Assembly (NCBI GenBank): GCA_052147875.1
Contig: JBKQJQ010000297.1
Location: 1 to 40,707 of the forward strand
Length of the DNA: 40,707 nucleotides
Origin: Solirubrobacteraceae bacterium
GTDB lineage: Bacteria > Actinomycetota > Thermoleophilia > Solirubrobacterales > Solirubrobacteraceae
Direction: 5' to 3'
Made by a program: the position numbers and the translations under genes
The notes under the pieces: generated by a model
Told to the model about the DNA's origin: nothing
Database searches by the model: none
Seen by the model: only the letters and a program-made list of their open reading frames with translations
In this document: positions 21,037 through 30,459 of the stretch, piece by piece
Layout of the letters: the number at the start of each line of letters is the position of its first letter
Numbering within the stretch: the stretch's first letter is position 1

Positions 21037-23184
21037 TTGGGACACGGAGGCGCCACGGACAACGATGGCCGCCGCGACATCCTACGCGCGGCGGAGGATC
21101 TCGCAGGGAGGCTGCCGGCCCCCCTGGCGCCGCTTGCGCGGCTTGCCTATAACTACCGCTGGTCGTGGCTTCCGCACGGGCCGGAGCTGTTCGCGGCCGT
21201 CGACCCGGCGCGGTTCGAGCTCTGCCTGCAGAACCCGGTGCGGGTGCTGCAGGAAGCGTCGGGCAGAGCGCTGGACCGCGCCGCGCAGGACGAGCAGCTG
21301 CTCGACCGCATGACCCGACTCGAGGCGCTGGTCGCCGCCGACATGAACCGGCCGCTGGCCGACTCGCCAGTCGACGAGGCCCATCCGATCGCGTTCCTGT
21401 GCGCCGAGTACGCGGTTCACGTCTCGCTGCCGGTCTACTCCGGAGGCCTGGGTGCGCTCGCCGGCGACCTGCTCAAGGAGGCGTCCGACGCCGCGGTGCC
21501 ACTGGTCGCCGTCGGGCTGATGTACCGCAAGGGGTACTTCCGCCAGCGGGTCGACGCCTCGGGCTGGCAGCAGGAGTACTGGCTCGACACCGACCCCGAG
21601 CGCCTCCCGGCGGCGCTCGTCACCGACGGCGACGGCGACCCGATGGTGGTCATCGTCCCGATCGGGACGGCCGACGTCGTGGCGCGGATCTGGCGCGTCC
21701 AGGTCGGGCGCGTGCCGCTGTTCCTGCTCGACACCGACTGTCCCGAGAACGCGCCGCTGGATCGCTGGATCACCGGCCGCCTGTACGACGGCGATCCTCA
21801 GACGCGCCTGGCGCAATACGCGCTGCTTGGGGTCGGTGGCATGCGGGCGCTGCGCGCGCTCGGCTACGAGCCCGGCGTGATCCACCTCAACGAGGGCCAC
21901 GCGGCGCTCGCGCCGCTGGAGCTGGCGCGCGACGGCAACGGCGATTCGCTCGAGGACGCGCTCGCCCGCGCGCGCGAGCGGACCGTGTTCACCACCCACA
22001 CGCCGGTGCCGGCCGGCAACGACTCCTACCCGCCTGACCAGGTCGAGGAGGTGGTGGGTCGGCTGGCGGTCCAGCTCGGTTGCACGGCGGCGCAGCTGAT
22101 CGAGCTCGGGCGCGATCAGGCCGACGACCCGTGGTCCCCATTCGGTGTCACCCAGGCGGCGCTGCGGATGAGCCGCGCGTCGAACGCGGTCAGCCGCCGC
22201 CACGGCGAGGTCGCGCGCGAGATGTGGCAGTGGCTGTGGCCCGAGATCGAGAGCGCGGAGGTGCCGATCGGGCACGTGACCAATGGCGTCCACGTTCCGA
22301 CCTGGATTGGACCGGCGATGCGCGAGCTGCTCGACCGCCACCTCGGCGCTGGCTGGATCGCCCGTGCTGCGGACCCGGCGACATGGGCCGCGGTCGACTC
22401 GATCCCGGCCCGCGAGTTGTGGTTGGCGCGTGGCCGGCAGCGCGCCGGACTGGTGGGGTTCGTCGCCCGCCGCAGCGTCGCCGACCGGCTGCTGCGCGGC
22501 GACCTGCGCGAATACGTCGAGCTCGCGGCGCGGGCGTTTGACCCCGAGGTGCTGACGATCGGCTTCGCGCGCCGGGTCGCGACCTACAAGCGGCTTGATC
22601 TACTGACGCGAGATCCCGAGTGGACGCTTTCGCTGCTCGCCGGCGATCGTCCGGTGCAGGTGGTGCTGGCGGGCAAGGCGCACCCGCGCGACGTCGAGGC
22701 AAAGCGGGTCCTCCAGAGCCTGTTCGGCCTCAAGGCCGCGCGGATCGTCGGCGAGCGGGTCGTCTTCCTCGACGATTACGACCTCAGTTCCGCGGCCTGG
22801 CTGGTTCGCGGATGCGACGTGTGGCTCAACCTGCCCCGGCCGCCGCTCGAAGCGAGCGGCACGAGCGGGATGAAGTCGGCCTTCAACGGCGGCCTGCAGC
22901 TGAGCGTGCTCGACGGGTGGTGGGCGGAGGCGTACGACGGCTCAAACGGTTGGGCGATCCCGGGCGAGGTCGACTCAAATCACCATGCCCAGGACGAGCG
23001 CGACGCGGCCGCCCTGCACGATCTGATCGCGGACGAGGTCCTGCCGGCGTTCTACGACCGCGACGAGACCGGCGTGCCGACGCGCTGGATCGAGCTGATC
23101 CGGGCGTCGCTGACGACGCTGGGTCCGATGTTCAGCGCCAGCCGGATGCTGGCGCAATACCTGGACGGTCCCTACCGAGGCTGA
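21037..23184 (+). CDS. glgP: alpha-glucan phosphorylase
   Basis: YSGGLGALAGD, HLNEGH, FTTHTPVPAG, TNGVH, GFARRVATYKR and PLP motif EASGTSGMK. Confidence 0.95.
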   Translation: MGHGGATDNDGRRDILRAAEDLAGRLPAPLAPLARLAYNYRWSWLPHGPELFAAVDPARFELCLQNPVRVLQEASGRALDRAAQDEQLLDRMTRLEALVAADMNRPLADSPVDEAHPIAFLCAEYAVHVSLPVYSGGLGALAGDLLKEASDAAVPLVAVGLMYRKGYFRQRVDASGWQQEYWLDTDPERLPAALVTDGDGDPMVVIVPIGTADVVARIWRVQVGRVPLFLLDTDCPENAPLDRWITGRLYDGDPQTRLAQYALLGVGGMRALRALGYEPGVIHLNEGHAALAPLELARDGNGDSLEDALARARERTVFTTHTPVPAGNDSYPPDQVEEVVGRLAVQLGCTAAQLIELGRDQADDPWSPFGVTQAALRMSRASNAVSRRHGEVAREMWQWLWPEIESAEVPIGHVTNGVHVPTWIGPAMRELLDRHLGAGWIARAADPATWAAVDSIPARELWLARGRQRAGLVGFVARRSVADRLLRGDLREYVELAARAFDPEVLTIGFARRVATYKRLDLLTRDPEWTLSLLAGDRPVQVVLAGKAHPRDVEAKRVLQSLFGLKAARIVGERVVFLDDYDLSSAAWLVRGCDVWLNLPRPPLEASGTSGMKSAFNGGLQLSVLDGWWAEAYDGSNGWAIPGEVDSNHHAQDERDAAALHDLIADEVLPAFYDRDETGVPTRWIELIRASLTTLGPMFSASRMLAQYLDGPYRG

Positions 23185-23187
23185 GCT

Positions 23188-24276
23188 CTACTGCAGGTCC
23201 GACAGCGGCCGCGGCGGATGACCGACGTATTTGGCCGTTGGCCGGATCAGCCGACCTTCGCGCTTTTGTTCCATGATGTGCGCCTACCAGCCGGCCGTCC
23301 GTGCGCAGGTGAACAGCGGCGTGAACAGCGGCGCGGGCACGTCGGCGAAGTCGAGCACGACTGCCGACCAGAACTCGACGTTGGTCGCCAGCACGCGGTC
23401 CGGACGGCGGGCCTGAAGCTCGGCCAGGGCGGCGTTCTCAAGCGCCTCGGCGACCTCGACACGCGGCGCGTTGAGCTCGTGCGCGGTCCGGCGCAGGACG
23501 CGCGCGCGTGGGTCCTCTGCCCGGTAGACGCGGTGGCCGAAGCCCATCAGCCGCTGACCCGAGTCGAGCACTTGCTTGACGTAGCGGTCGGCGTCGCCCG
23601 ACGCGGCAACGTCATCGAGCATCTTCAGCACGCGCGACGGCGCGCCACCGTGTAGCGGCCCGGACAGCGCCCCGACGGCGGCCGACAGCGCGGCCGCGAC
23701 GTCGGCGCCGGTTGATGCTACGACCCGGGCGGTGAACGTCGAGGCGTTCATCCCGTGCTCGGCGGCCGAGATCCAGTACGCGTCGATCGCCTTCACGTGC
23801 GTCGGGTCGGCCTCGCCCCGCCAGCGGATCAAGAAGCGCTCGGGGATCGACTTGGCCCTGTCGACCTCGCGCTGGGAGACCGGCGGCTTGCCGATCCCGC
23901 GTGCCGACTGGGCGACGAACGAGAGCGCCATCACCGATGCGCGCGCAAGGTTGTCGCGTGCCTCCTCGTCGGAGATGTCGATCAGCTGACCGAATCCCCA
24001 CTGAGGGGCGAGCATCGCCAGCGCGGACTGAACGTCGACCCGCGGGTCGCCGGAGCGCGCGCTGAGCGGATGGGGCTCGGCCGGGGGCAGGCCTGGGAGC
24101 AGCGTGCCGTCGACGAGCAGGCCCCAGACCTGTTCGAACGGGACCTTCCCGACCAGCTCCTCGATGTCTACTCCGCGGTAGCGGAGTGCGCCGCCCTCGC
24201 GGTCAGGCTCCGCGATGCGAGTCGCGAACGCGACCACGCCCTCAAGGCCTGACTGGACTTCCGCTGTCGCGCTCAT
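23188..24276 (-). pseudogene. citA: citrate synthase 2 (CitA-type) with an in-frame TAG at 23284-23286
   Basis: GLEGVVAF, EHGMNASTF, GPLHGGA, GFGHRVY and NVEFW motifs. After ...CARTAGW-TAG the frame continues AHIMEQKREGRLIRPTAKYVG... to a TAG at 23188-23190, matching the expected C-terminus. Confidence 0.85.
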
Positions 24277-24314
24277 TTGGGTCGATGCTCCCTTGATGTC
24301 CCGGATCGGTCCGA

Positions 24315-24340
24315 GCGAAGGCTATCTATGTAGCCTTCGC
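24315..24340. promoter_or_regulatory. perfect 10-bp inverted repeat carrying a TAGCCT -10 box on each strand
   Basis: GCGAAGGCTA-tctatg-TAGCCTTCGC lies between divergent citA and the amidase gene. The plus-strand TAGCCT ends 8 nt before the amidase GTG. Confidence 0.6.
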
Positions 24341-24344
24341 CGAC

Positions 24345-25769
24345 GTGCCGGAGCTACTCGAGCGTTCCGCGATCGAGCTTGCGGGCCTGATCCGCGACGG
24401 GGAGCTGAGCTCGCGTGAGCTGATCGAGACGTCGCTGCGCCGGATCGAGCAGCTCGAACCGAAGATCAACGCCTTCGCGCACGTCGCGGCCGACTCGGCG
24501 CTGGCTGCCGCTGACGCTGTGTCGGCGGGCGATCAGCGTCCGTTCGCCGGGGTCCCGATCGCGATCAAGGACAACCGGCCGGTCGCCGGAATGCCGCTGA
24601 CGCTGTGCAGCGATCTGTACGGCGATTTCGTCGCCGATCACGATTCGTTCGCGGTTGCGCGGCTGCGAGCGGCCGGGTTCGTGATCGTCGGCAAGACGAC
24701 GATGCCCGAGATGGGGATCCTGCCGACGACCGAGTCACGGCGATTCGGCGCCACCCACAATCCGTGGAACCTGGAGCGGACCCCGGGCGGCTCGAGCGGT
24801 GGCTCCGCGGCCGCGGTCGCGGCCGGGATGGTGCCGATCGCGCACGGCAACGACGGGGGCGGCTCGATCCGGATCCCGGCGGCCTGCTGCGGGCTCGTCG
24901 GGCTGAAGCCGGCTCGCGGCCGGATCTCGTCGGGACCGGACTCGGGCCAGAGCTTTCTCGCGACCGACGGGGTGCTCACGCGCTCGGTCGCGGATACCGC
25001 CGCGGTGCTCGACCTGCTGGCCGGATACGAGCTGGGCGACGCCAACTGGGCGCCGCCGTCACCGGGGCCATACGCGGACCTGGCCGCGCGCCCGGTCGGC
25101 CGGCTGCGGATCGGACTGGCGCTCAACCCGCCGCTCGACGGCGCGGTGCTCGAGCTGGAACTCGAGGCGGCGACACGGGACGCGGCGCGCCTGCTCGAGT
25201 CGCTCGGGCACGCGGTCGAGGAGATCAGCCCGCCGTGGTCCGGGCTCGATCTGCTGCCCGACTTCACGCGCGCGTTTGGACCGTCGGTCTCGATGCAGAC
25301 GCTGCTCGGCGGCCGGCTCGCCGGCCACGACCCGACCGAGGACGACGTGGAACCGCTGACCTGGCTCGTCTGGGAGCACGCTCGCTCGCAGAGCGCGCTG
25401 TCGCTGCTGAGCGCGCAGGCGCGGCTCGAGCGGGTCTCACGCTCGGTCGTCGCGTTCATGGGCTCGTGGGACGCGGTCCTCACGCCCGCGCTCGCCCAGC
25501 GCCCGGTCGCGATCGGGGAGATCCACGGCCGCGGCCCCGACCCGTGGGGCTACTACCGCCGCTCCGGCTACTTCACGCCGTATACCGCGATCCTCAACGT
25601 GACCGGGCAGCCTGCGATCTCGCTGCCGCTCTATCAAGGGGAGGACGGGCTGCCGACGGCCGTGCAGCTGATCGGGCCGCCGGCGCGCGAGGAGGTGCTG
25701 CTCGGCCTCGCGACCCAACTCGAGCAGGCGGTGCCGTGGGCCGACCGCCGGCCTGGCTGGGAACGTTAA
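24345..25769 (+). CDS. amidase-signature family protein
   Basis: GVPIAIKD, GKTTMPE, TPGGSSGGSAAAVAAG and GNDGGGSIRIPA motifs. Confidence 0.93.
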   Translation: MPELLERSAIELAGLIRDGELSSRELIETSLRRIEQLEPKINAFAHVAADSALAAADAVSAGDQRPFAGVPIAIKDNRPVAGMPLTLCSDLYGDFVADHDSFAVARLRAAGFVIVGKTTMPEMGILPTTESRRFGATHNPWNLERTPGGSSGGSAAAVAAGMVPIAHGNDGGGSIRIPAACCGLVGLKPARGRISSGPDSGQSFLATDGVLTRSVADTAAVLDLLAGYELGDANWAPPSPGPYADLAARPVGRLRIGLALNPPLDGAVLELELEAATRDAARLLESLGHAVEEISPPWSGLDLLPDFTRAFGPSVSMQTLLGGRLAGHDPTEDDVEPLTWLVWEHARSQSALSLLSAQARLERVSRSVVAFMGSWDAVLTPALAQRPVAIGEIHGRGPDPWGYYRRSGYFTPYTAILNVTGQPAISLPLYQGEDGLPTAVQLIGPPAREEVLLGLATQLEQAVPWADRRPGWER

Positions 25770-26659
25770 CCACCGGTGGGCTTCGTTCCGACCCCGAGCA
25801 CGTCGCTCATCGGCGCCGGCGTCACGCCGAGCCGCTCCGCGTCAGCCGTCCCGCGCTCGGAGAGCAGCGGCACATCGAGCAGCTGCGCCTCGTCCCAGGT
25901 CGCAAACGCGGTCGGGCCTCCGAACAGCTCGACGAGCTCGAGCAGTCGCCGCGTGACGGCGATCGGGATCCCGACCACCGGGCGCGGGCGGCGCAGCGAG
26001 CGCAGGACGGTCTCGACGATCTCGCGCTGGGTCATGACCTCCGGGCCGGCGAGCTCGTAGCGCGCGCCGGCCGCGTCGTCGTCGAGCGCCGCGAGCACGC
26101 ATCTGGCCACGTCGTCGGCCCAGATCGGCTCAAACGCGGCATCGCCCGAGCCCGGGATCGGCATCGCCGGCAGCCACGACATCCGTGCCAGCAGCGTCAG
26201 GTACGGGTCGCTGGGCGAGTAGACGAGCGACGGGGCGAACACCGTGTGCTCGAGCGAGGACTCGACTACCGCGCGCTCGGCGATCGCCTTCGCGCGCATT
26301 AGCCGGGCGCTCGCGCGCTTCGAGGCACCGAGCGTCGAGAAGAACACAAACCGCGTCACGCCGGCGCGCTCGGCCGCTCGGACCAGCCGCCAGGTGGCGA
26401 CGCCGGCGAGCTCCTCGATTGAGCCGCCCGGCTGGTCGCGGATCACGGAGGCGAGGTGGATGACGGTCTCGACGCCCCGCAGCGCGTGACGGAACGAGAG
26501 CGGATCCCCGAGGTCTCCAAGCGCGATCTGGACCTGGACGCGCTCCGGACCGAGCCGCCGCGGATCGCGGACCAGGCAGCGTACGGGCACCCCCGTCGCG
26601 ACCAACCGACGTAGCAGCGCACGTCCCACCGTCCCCGTGGCACCGGTCAGCAGCAGCAC
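25766..26659 (-). CDS. NAD(P)-binding atypical SDR / epimerase-like protein
   Basis: N-terminal LLTGATGTVG Rossmann motif, VIHLAS, PIWADDVA and YELAGPE. Confidence 0.85.
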   Translation of the reverse strand: MLLLTGATGTVGRALLRRLVATGVPVRCLVRDPRRLGPERVQVQIALGDLGDPLSFRHALRGVETVIHLASVIRDQPGGSIEELAGVATWRLVRAAERAGVTRFVFFSTLGASKRASARLMRAKAIAERAVVESSLEHTVFAPSLVYSPSDPYLTLLARMSWLPAMPIPGSGDAAFEPIWADDVARCVLAALDDDAAGARYELAGPEVMTQREIVETVLRSLRRPRPVVGIPIAVTRRLLELVELFGGPTAFATWDEAQLLDVPLLSERGTADAERLGVTPAPMSDVLGVGTKPTGG

Positions 26660-26739
26660 CGCCGGGAGCCTATCGTGGCCACTGTTTGCGAGAATGCGGC
26701 GGCCGGACCCGGAAACGAATAAAGAGGAACCTGACAGAC

Positions 26740-27000
26740 ATGGCCTACGTGATCGCCGAGCCCTGCATTGGCACCAAGGACAACTCGTGCGTTGAGGTCT
26801 GTCCGGTCGACTGCATCCACCCGACGCCCGACGAGCCCGACTACGACAAGGTCGAGATGCTCTACATCGATCCGGAGGAGTGCATCGACTGCGACGCCTG
26901 CGTCGAGGCCTGCCCGGTCGACGCCTGCTTCGCCGAGGATCAGCTCCCCGACGAGTGGCAGAAGTACATCGAGCTCAACTCGCAGTACTACAGCAAGTAG
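26740..27000 (+). CDS. fdxA: 7Fe-type ferredoxin
   Basis: MAYVIAEPCIGTKDNSCVEVCPVDCIH...YIDPEECIDCDACVEACPV. RBS AAGAGGA upstream of ATG 26740. Confidence 0.93.
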   Translation: MAYVIAEPCIGTKDNSCVEVCPVDCIHPTPDEPDYDKVEMLYIDPEECIDCDACVEACPVDACFAEDQLPDEWQKYIELNSQYYSK

Positions 27001-27008
27001 CTGGGAGA

Positions 27009-27043
27009 CCAGCGCGCATGCCTCGGGCTATGCGGGCCGCTGG
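27009..27043. terminator. hairpin between convergent fdxA and mrp, putative terminator
   Basis: Imperfect stem CCAGCG-CGCAT-GCC...GGC-T-ATGCG-GGC-CGCTGG. Confidence 0.4.
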
Positions 27044-27069
27044 CTGGAGGTGCCGCCCCGAACAGCTCA

Positions 27070-28209
27070 CTAGGCCATCGGCAGCGACATCCCCGCCGGC
27101 TTCGGCGCTGCGGCCGGGGACGGTGCCTGCATAACCGGCAGCTCGATCGGAGACAGCGCGATCAGGCCCCGCGCGCCTTGGTGGAGCGCCTGCGCGGCGG
27201 GGTCGTCGGGGTTTGAGAACACCAGCGGCAGCCCCGAATCGGACTGCTCGCGGAGCGGCACGGTCAGCGGCACCTTGGCGAGCAGCGGCACCTCGAGCTC
27301 ATCGGCCAGCAGCTGGCCGCCGCCCTCGCCGAAGATCTGGAAGCGCTCGCCCCCCGGGGTGACGAAGCCGGACATGTTCTCGATCACGCCGGCGATCTCG
27401 AGCTTGAGCTTGATCGCCATCTCGGCCGACCGGGCGGCGACCTTCTGGGCGACCGGCTGGGGCGTCGTAACGATCAAGAACTTGGCCTGCGGCAACAGCT
27501 GCGCGAGCGTCATCGAGACGTCGCCGGTGCCGGGCGGCAGGTCGATCAGCAGGTAGTCGAGCTCGCCCCACTCGACGTCCTCGAGAAACTGCTGCAGCGC
27601 CTTGTGGAGCATCGGGCCGCGCCACACGACGGCCGCGTCCTGCTCGACGAAGAAGCCGATCGACATCACCGCGATCCCATCGTGAGCTGTGATCGGGACC
27701 AGCTTGCGATCGGCGTTGACCTTCGGGCGCTCGCCGCCGAGACCGAACATCCGCGGCTGCGAGTAGCCCCACACGTCGGCGTCCAGCACGCCGACCGCCT
27801 TGCCGTCGGCGGCCAGTGCCGCCGCCAGGTTGGCGGTCACGCTCGACTTGCCGACGCCGCCCTTGCCCGACCCGATGCAGATCACGTTGCGGACCTGCGC
27901 GAGCGCCCCCTCGGGAAGCGCGCCGCGCCCGAGCTTGCGGCCGAGCGTCGCCTTCTCGTTGTCGGACAGGACGTCGAAGCCGACGTTGACGCCGGTGACG
28001 CCGTCGAGCTTACGGATCGCCTCCGCGACCCCGGTCTGGAAGTGGCTGCGGATCGGGCAGCCCGCGGTCGTCAGCGAGACCGTCACATCAACGACCCCGT
28101 TGGGATGGACCTCGATCGACCGCACCATCTCGAGCTCGACGATGTCGCGCCGCAGTTCCGGATCTATCACCGAACGGAGCGCATCTGTGACTTGGTCTCT
28201 GGTAGGCAT
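27070..28209 (-). CDS. mrp: Mrp/NBP35 (ApbC) Fe-S cluster carrier ATPase with N-terminal DUF59 domain
   Basis: VIDPELRRDIVEL..LTTAGCP, GKGGVGKS, DADVWG, WRGPM, DLPPGTGD and ENMS motifs. Confidence 0.93.
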   Translation of the reverse strand: MPTRDQVTDALRSVIDPELRRDIVELEMVRSIEVHPNGVVDVTVSLTTAGCPIRSHFQTGVAEAIRKLDGVTGVNVGFDVLSDNEKATLGRKLGRGALPEGALAQVRNVICIGSGKGGVGKSSVTANLAAALAADGKAVGVLDADVWGYSQPRMFGLGGERPKVNADRKLVPITAHDGIAVMSIGFFVEQDAAVVWRGPMLHKALQQFLEDVEWGELDYLLIDLPPGTGDVSMTLAQLLPQAKFLIVTTPQPVAQKVAARSAEMAIKLKLEIAGVIENMSGFVTPGGERFQIFGEGGGQLLADELEVPLLAKVPLTVPLREQSDSGLPLVFSNPDDPAAQALHQGARGLIALSPIELPVMQAPSPAAAPKPAGMSLPMA

Positions 28210-28260
28210 GGATTTCATTCAAGCAGACGCGTTCGCGGGCCCGAATGCGATCATCCGGCG

Positions 28261-28716
28261 ATGCTCTCCAACCGCACGATGCCAACCGGAGTGCTGATGC
28301 CCGAGCTCGTCTACGAGGACGTCGGCGAGGCCTGCGACTGGCTGTGCCGAGTGTTCGGCTTCACCGAGCGCTGGCGCGCGGGCAACCACCGTGCGCAGCT
28401 CGCAGCCGGAGACTGCGCGCTGGTTGTGATGGAGCCCCGTGTGGGCGGCGCCGGGGAGCCGCGCGAGGGCATGGTTAAGGCACCCGCGCCCGGCGCCCCG
28501 ATCAACCACGCCGTGATGATGCGGGTCGCCGATGTCGACAACCACTATGAGCGTGCGCGGGCCGAGGGAGCGCGGCTCCTCGACGAGCCGACGGACTTCC
28601 CGTACGGCGAGCGCCAGTACAACGCGATCGATCTCGGCGGCCACCACTGGACGTTCTCGCAGTCGATCGCCGACGTCGCCCCCGAGCAGTGGGGCGGAAC
28701 CTCGGCATCGGCGTAG
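28261..28716 (+). CDS. VOC/glyoxalase family protein
   Basis: PELVYEDVGEACDWLCRVFGF...VADVDNHYERARAEGA...DFPYGERQY..DLGGHHWTF. Confidence 0.88.
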   Translation: MLSNRTMPTGVLMPELVYEDVGEACDWLCRVFGFTERWRAGNHRAQLAAGDCALVVMEPRVGGAGEPREGMVKAPAPGAPINHAVMMRVADVDNHYERARAEGARLLDEPTDFPYGERQYNAIDLGGHHWTFSQSIADVAPEQWGGTSASA

Positions 28717-28729
28717 TTGGCGCTTGCCG

Positions 28730-29680
28730 TCAGATAACGCGCGGGGCCAGCGCCTCGCCGAGCAACGCGACCGCGTCGAGGTCGTCGTGCAGCAGCTGCT
28801 GGCACATCACGCGCGCGACGCCGGCGTCGCGCAGCGCTTGCAGCTGCTCGGTCGCCTGATCGAGGGTGCCGATGACCCAGCCGTGGGGCGGCTCCCGGAG
28901 CAGGGCGTCAGGGTCGCCGCCCATCTTGTCGGCCAGGCGGACGGCACGCGCTCGCAACTCGCGCTCGTCTGAGCCGACCAGCACCCCGGTCATGACCGAG
29001 AAGGGGATCGACGCGCGACCGGCCCGCTCGCACGCGCGATCGATCCGCCGGCGCCGCACGCCGATGTCGTCGAGCGTCGCGAACGGAGTGTTGTATTCGT
29101 CGGCGTAGGCGGCCGCCATCCGCGCGCTTCGCGGGCCGGCGCTGCCGCCCATGATCAGCGGTGGGTGGGGGCGCTGGACGGGCTTGGGCTCGGCCTCGAG
29201 GTCGGTCAGCGTGTAGTGCTCGCCCGCGAACGAGAAGCGCTCGTCGCCCCAGGTACCCAGCACGACCTGAAGCTGCTCCTCGAGCACGTCCATACGCGTG
29301 CGGGTGTCCGCGAACTCAAAGCCGTAGGCCTCGTGCTCGCGGTCGTGCCAGCCGGCGCCGAGGCCGAGCGCCACCCTGCCGCCGCTGATGTGGTCGGCGG
29401 TCGTGACCAGCTTCGCGAGATTCGACGGATGGCGGAAGGTGGCCGGTGAGACCATCGTCCCGAGCTCGATCGTCGTGGTGACCGCCGCCAGCCCGCAGAT
29501 CGTCCCCCAGGCATCGAGCGCGGCGCGCTCGGGGTGCTGGAGGTCGAGGTTCATGTAGTGGTCAGAGCGGAACAGGGCCGGCACGCCGTGCTGCTCACAG
29601 GCGTGCGCGACCGCCAGCCACTGGGGCCAGCTGACGTCCTCCTGGCCTTCGATCATCAGGCACAGCTGCACGCGGCTCAT
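28730..29680 (-). CDS. LLM-class (probably F420-dependent) oxidoreductase
   Basis: FRSDHY, LGTMVSPATFRHP, DHISGGRVALGLGAGW, PKPVQRPHPP and AAAYADEYN motifs. ATG at 29680. Confidence 0.9.
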   Translation of the reverse strand: MSRVQLCLMIEGQEDVSWPQWLAVAHACEQHGVPALFRSDHYMNLDLQHPERAALDAWGTICGLAAVTTTIELGTMVSPATFRHPSNLAKLVTTADHISGGRVALGLGAGWHDREHEAYGFEFADTRTRMDVLEEQLQVVLGTWGDERFSFAGEHYTLTDLEAEPKPVQRPHPPLIMGGSAGPRSARMAAAYADEYNTPFATLDDIGVRRRRIDRACERAGRASIPFSVMTGVLVGSDERELRARAVRLADKMGGDPDALLREPPHGWVIGTLDQATEQLQALRDAGVARVMCQQLLHDDLDAVALLGEALAPRVI

Positions 29681-29685
29681 TAAAC

Positions 29686-29721
29686 ACCGACGGGGCGCCA
29701 CTTCCGTGACGCCCCGGCGGT
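29686..29721 (-). terminator. putative intrinsic terminator downstream of the basic-protein gene
   Basis: GC-rich stem with a GGAA tetraloop on the minus strand, followed by GTTTA. Confidence 0.6.
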
Positions 29722-29820
29722 TGAGGGAGGAGAGGGTGCTGCATTCGCCGGCGAGGTTATGAGGCCGGCGAACCTGTCCCACCCGGCGCTCTCCTGGGCG
29801 CGGGCAGGGGAAGCCTCAGG

Positions 29821-30411
29821 CTAAGAGACGGATATCCGGTCAGAAGCGTCCGAAACCAACCTCTCGAACCGCGACGTCAGCGTCCCCGACTGCTTCTCGA
29901 GATCCTTGCGGACCGAGCGTACCTCGCGCTCGAATCGGCGCCGGTTCTGACGGACCGTCCGCTCGACCGTGTTGCGGCGCTGGCGCAGCTGGCGCTCGAA
30001 CTTCGTCCGCGTGCGCCGCACCTGACGCTCGAAGCGATTGCGCGCCGTGACGCCGCGACGCTCGTAGCGCCGTAGCTCACGCTCAAAGCCCGCGCGGGTG
30101 CGGTACTTGGTCGCGAGTCCCCTGACGGTCGAAACGAGGTTGTCGCGGGCCAGCAGACTCGCGCCGACCGGAACCAGAACCGCCCGCCCGGCGATCTGCT
30201 GCGCCTGCGTGACGCGCAGCCGAGACTCGGCGGTCGTCGCGCTGGTCGCAACGCGAGCTGTGGTCTTCGTGCTGGAGGCGGTGCGACGGGCGTTGGCCTT
30301 GGTCGCAGTCGCCGATTTGCGGGTCGCGTTTCGCTTCCGCGTGGCGGCGGCCTTCTGGCCGCTCGTGGGGGCGGTCGTCTGACCGCTAGTGGTGTTGCTT
30401 GTCGTAGCCAT
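29821..30411 (-). CDS. basic hypothetical protein: Thr/Ala/Lys/Arg-rich N-terminus plus 11-residue amphipathic repeats
   Basis: 196-aa ORF with an upstream GGGAG RBS and TAGAAT -10. Repeats RFERQVRRTRT/KFERQLRQRRN/TVERTVRQNRR/RFEREVRSVRK. Confidence 0.8.
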   Translation of the reverse strand: MATTSNTTSGQTTAPTSGQKAAATRKRNATRKSATATKANARRTASSTKTTARVATSATTAESRLRVTQAQQIAGRAVLVPVGASLLARDNLVSTVRGLATKYRTRAGFERELRRYERRGVTARNRFERQVRRTRTKFERQLRQRRNTVERTVRQNRRRFEREVRSVRKDLEKQSGTLTSRFERLVSDASDRISVS

Positions 30412-30459
30412 GGGATCTAAGACTCACTCCCGTAGTAATCAGGTCAGTTGTCGATTCTA

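Noticed and set aside
23284-23286. Selenocysteine or pyrrolysine recoding, or genome-wide TAG reassignment
   Set aside because: The tRNA-Sec anticodon is UCA (reads UGA), no convincing SECIS-like hairpin follows, no pyl genes are in the window, and treY, malQ, fdxA and mrp end at TAG at their expected C-termini.
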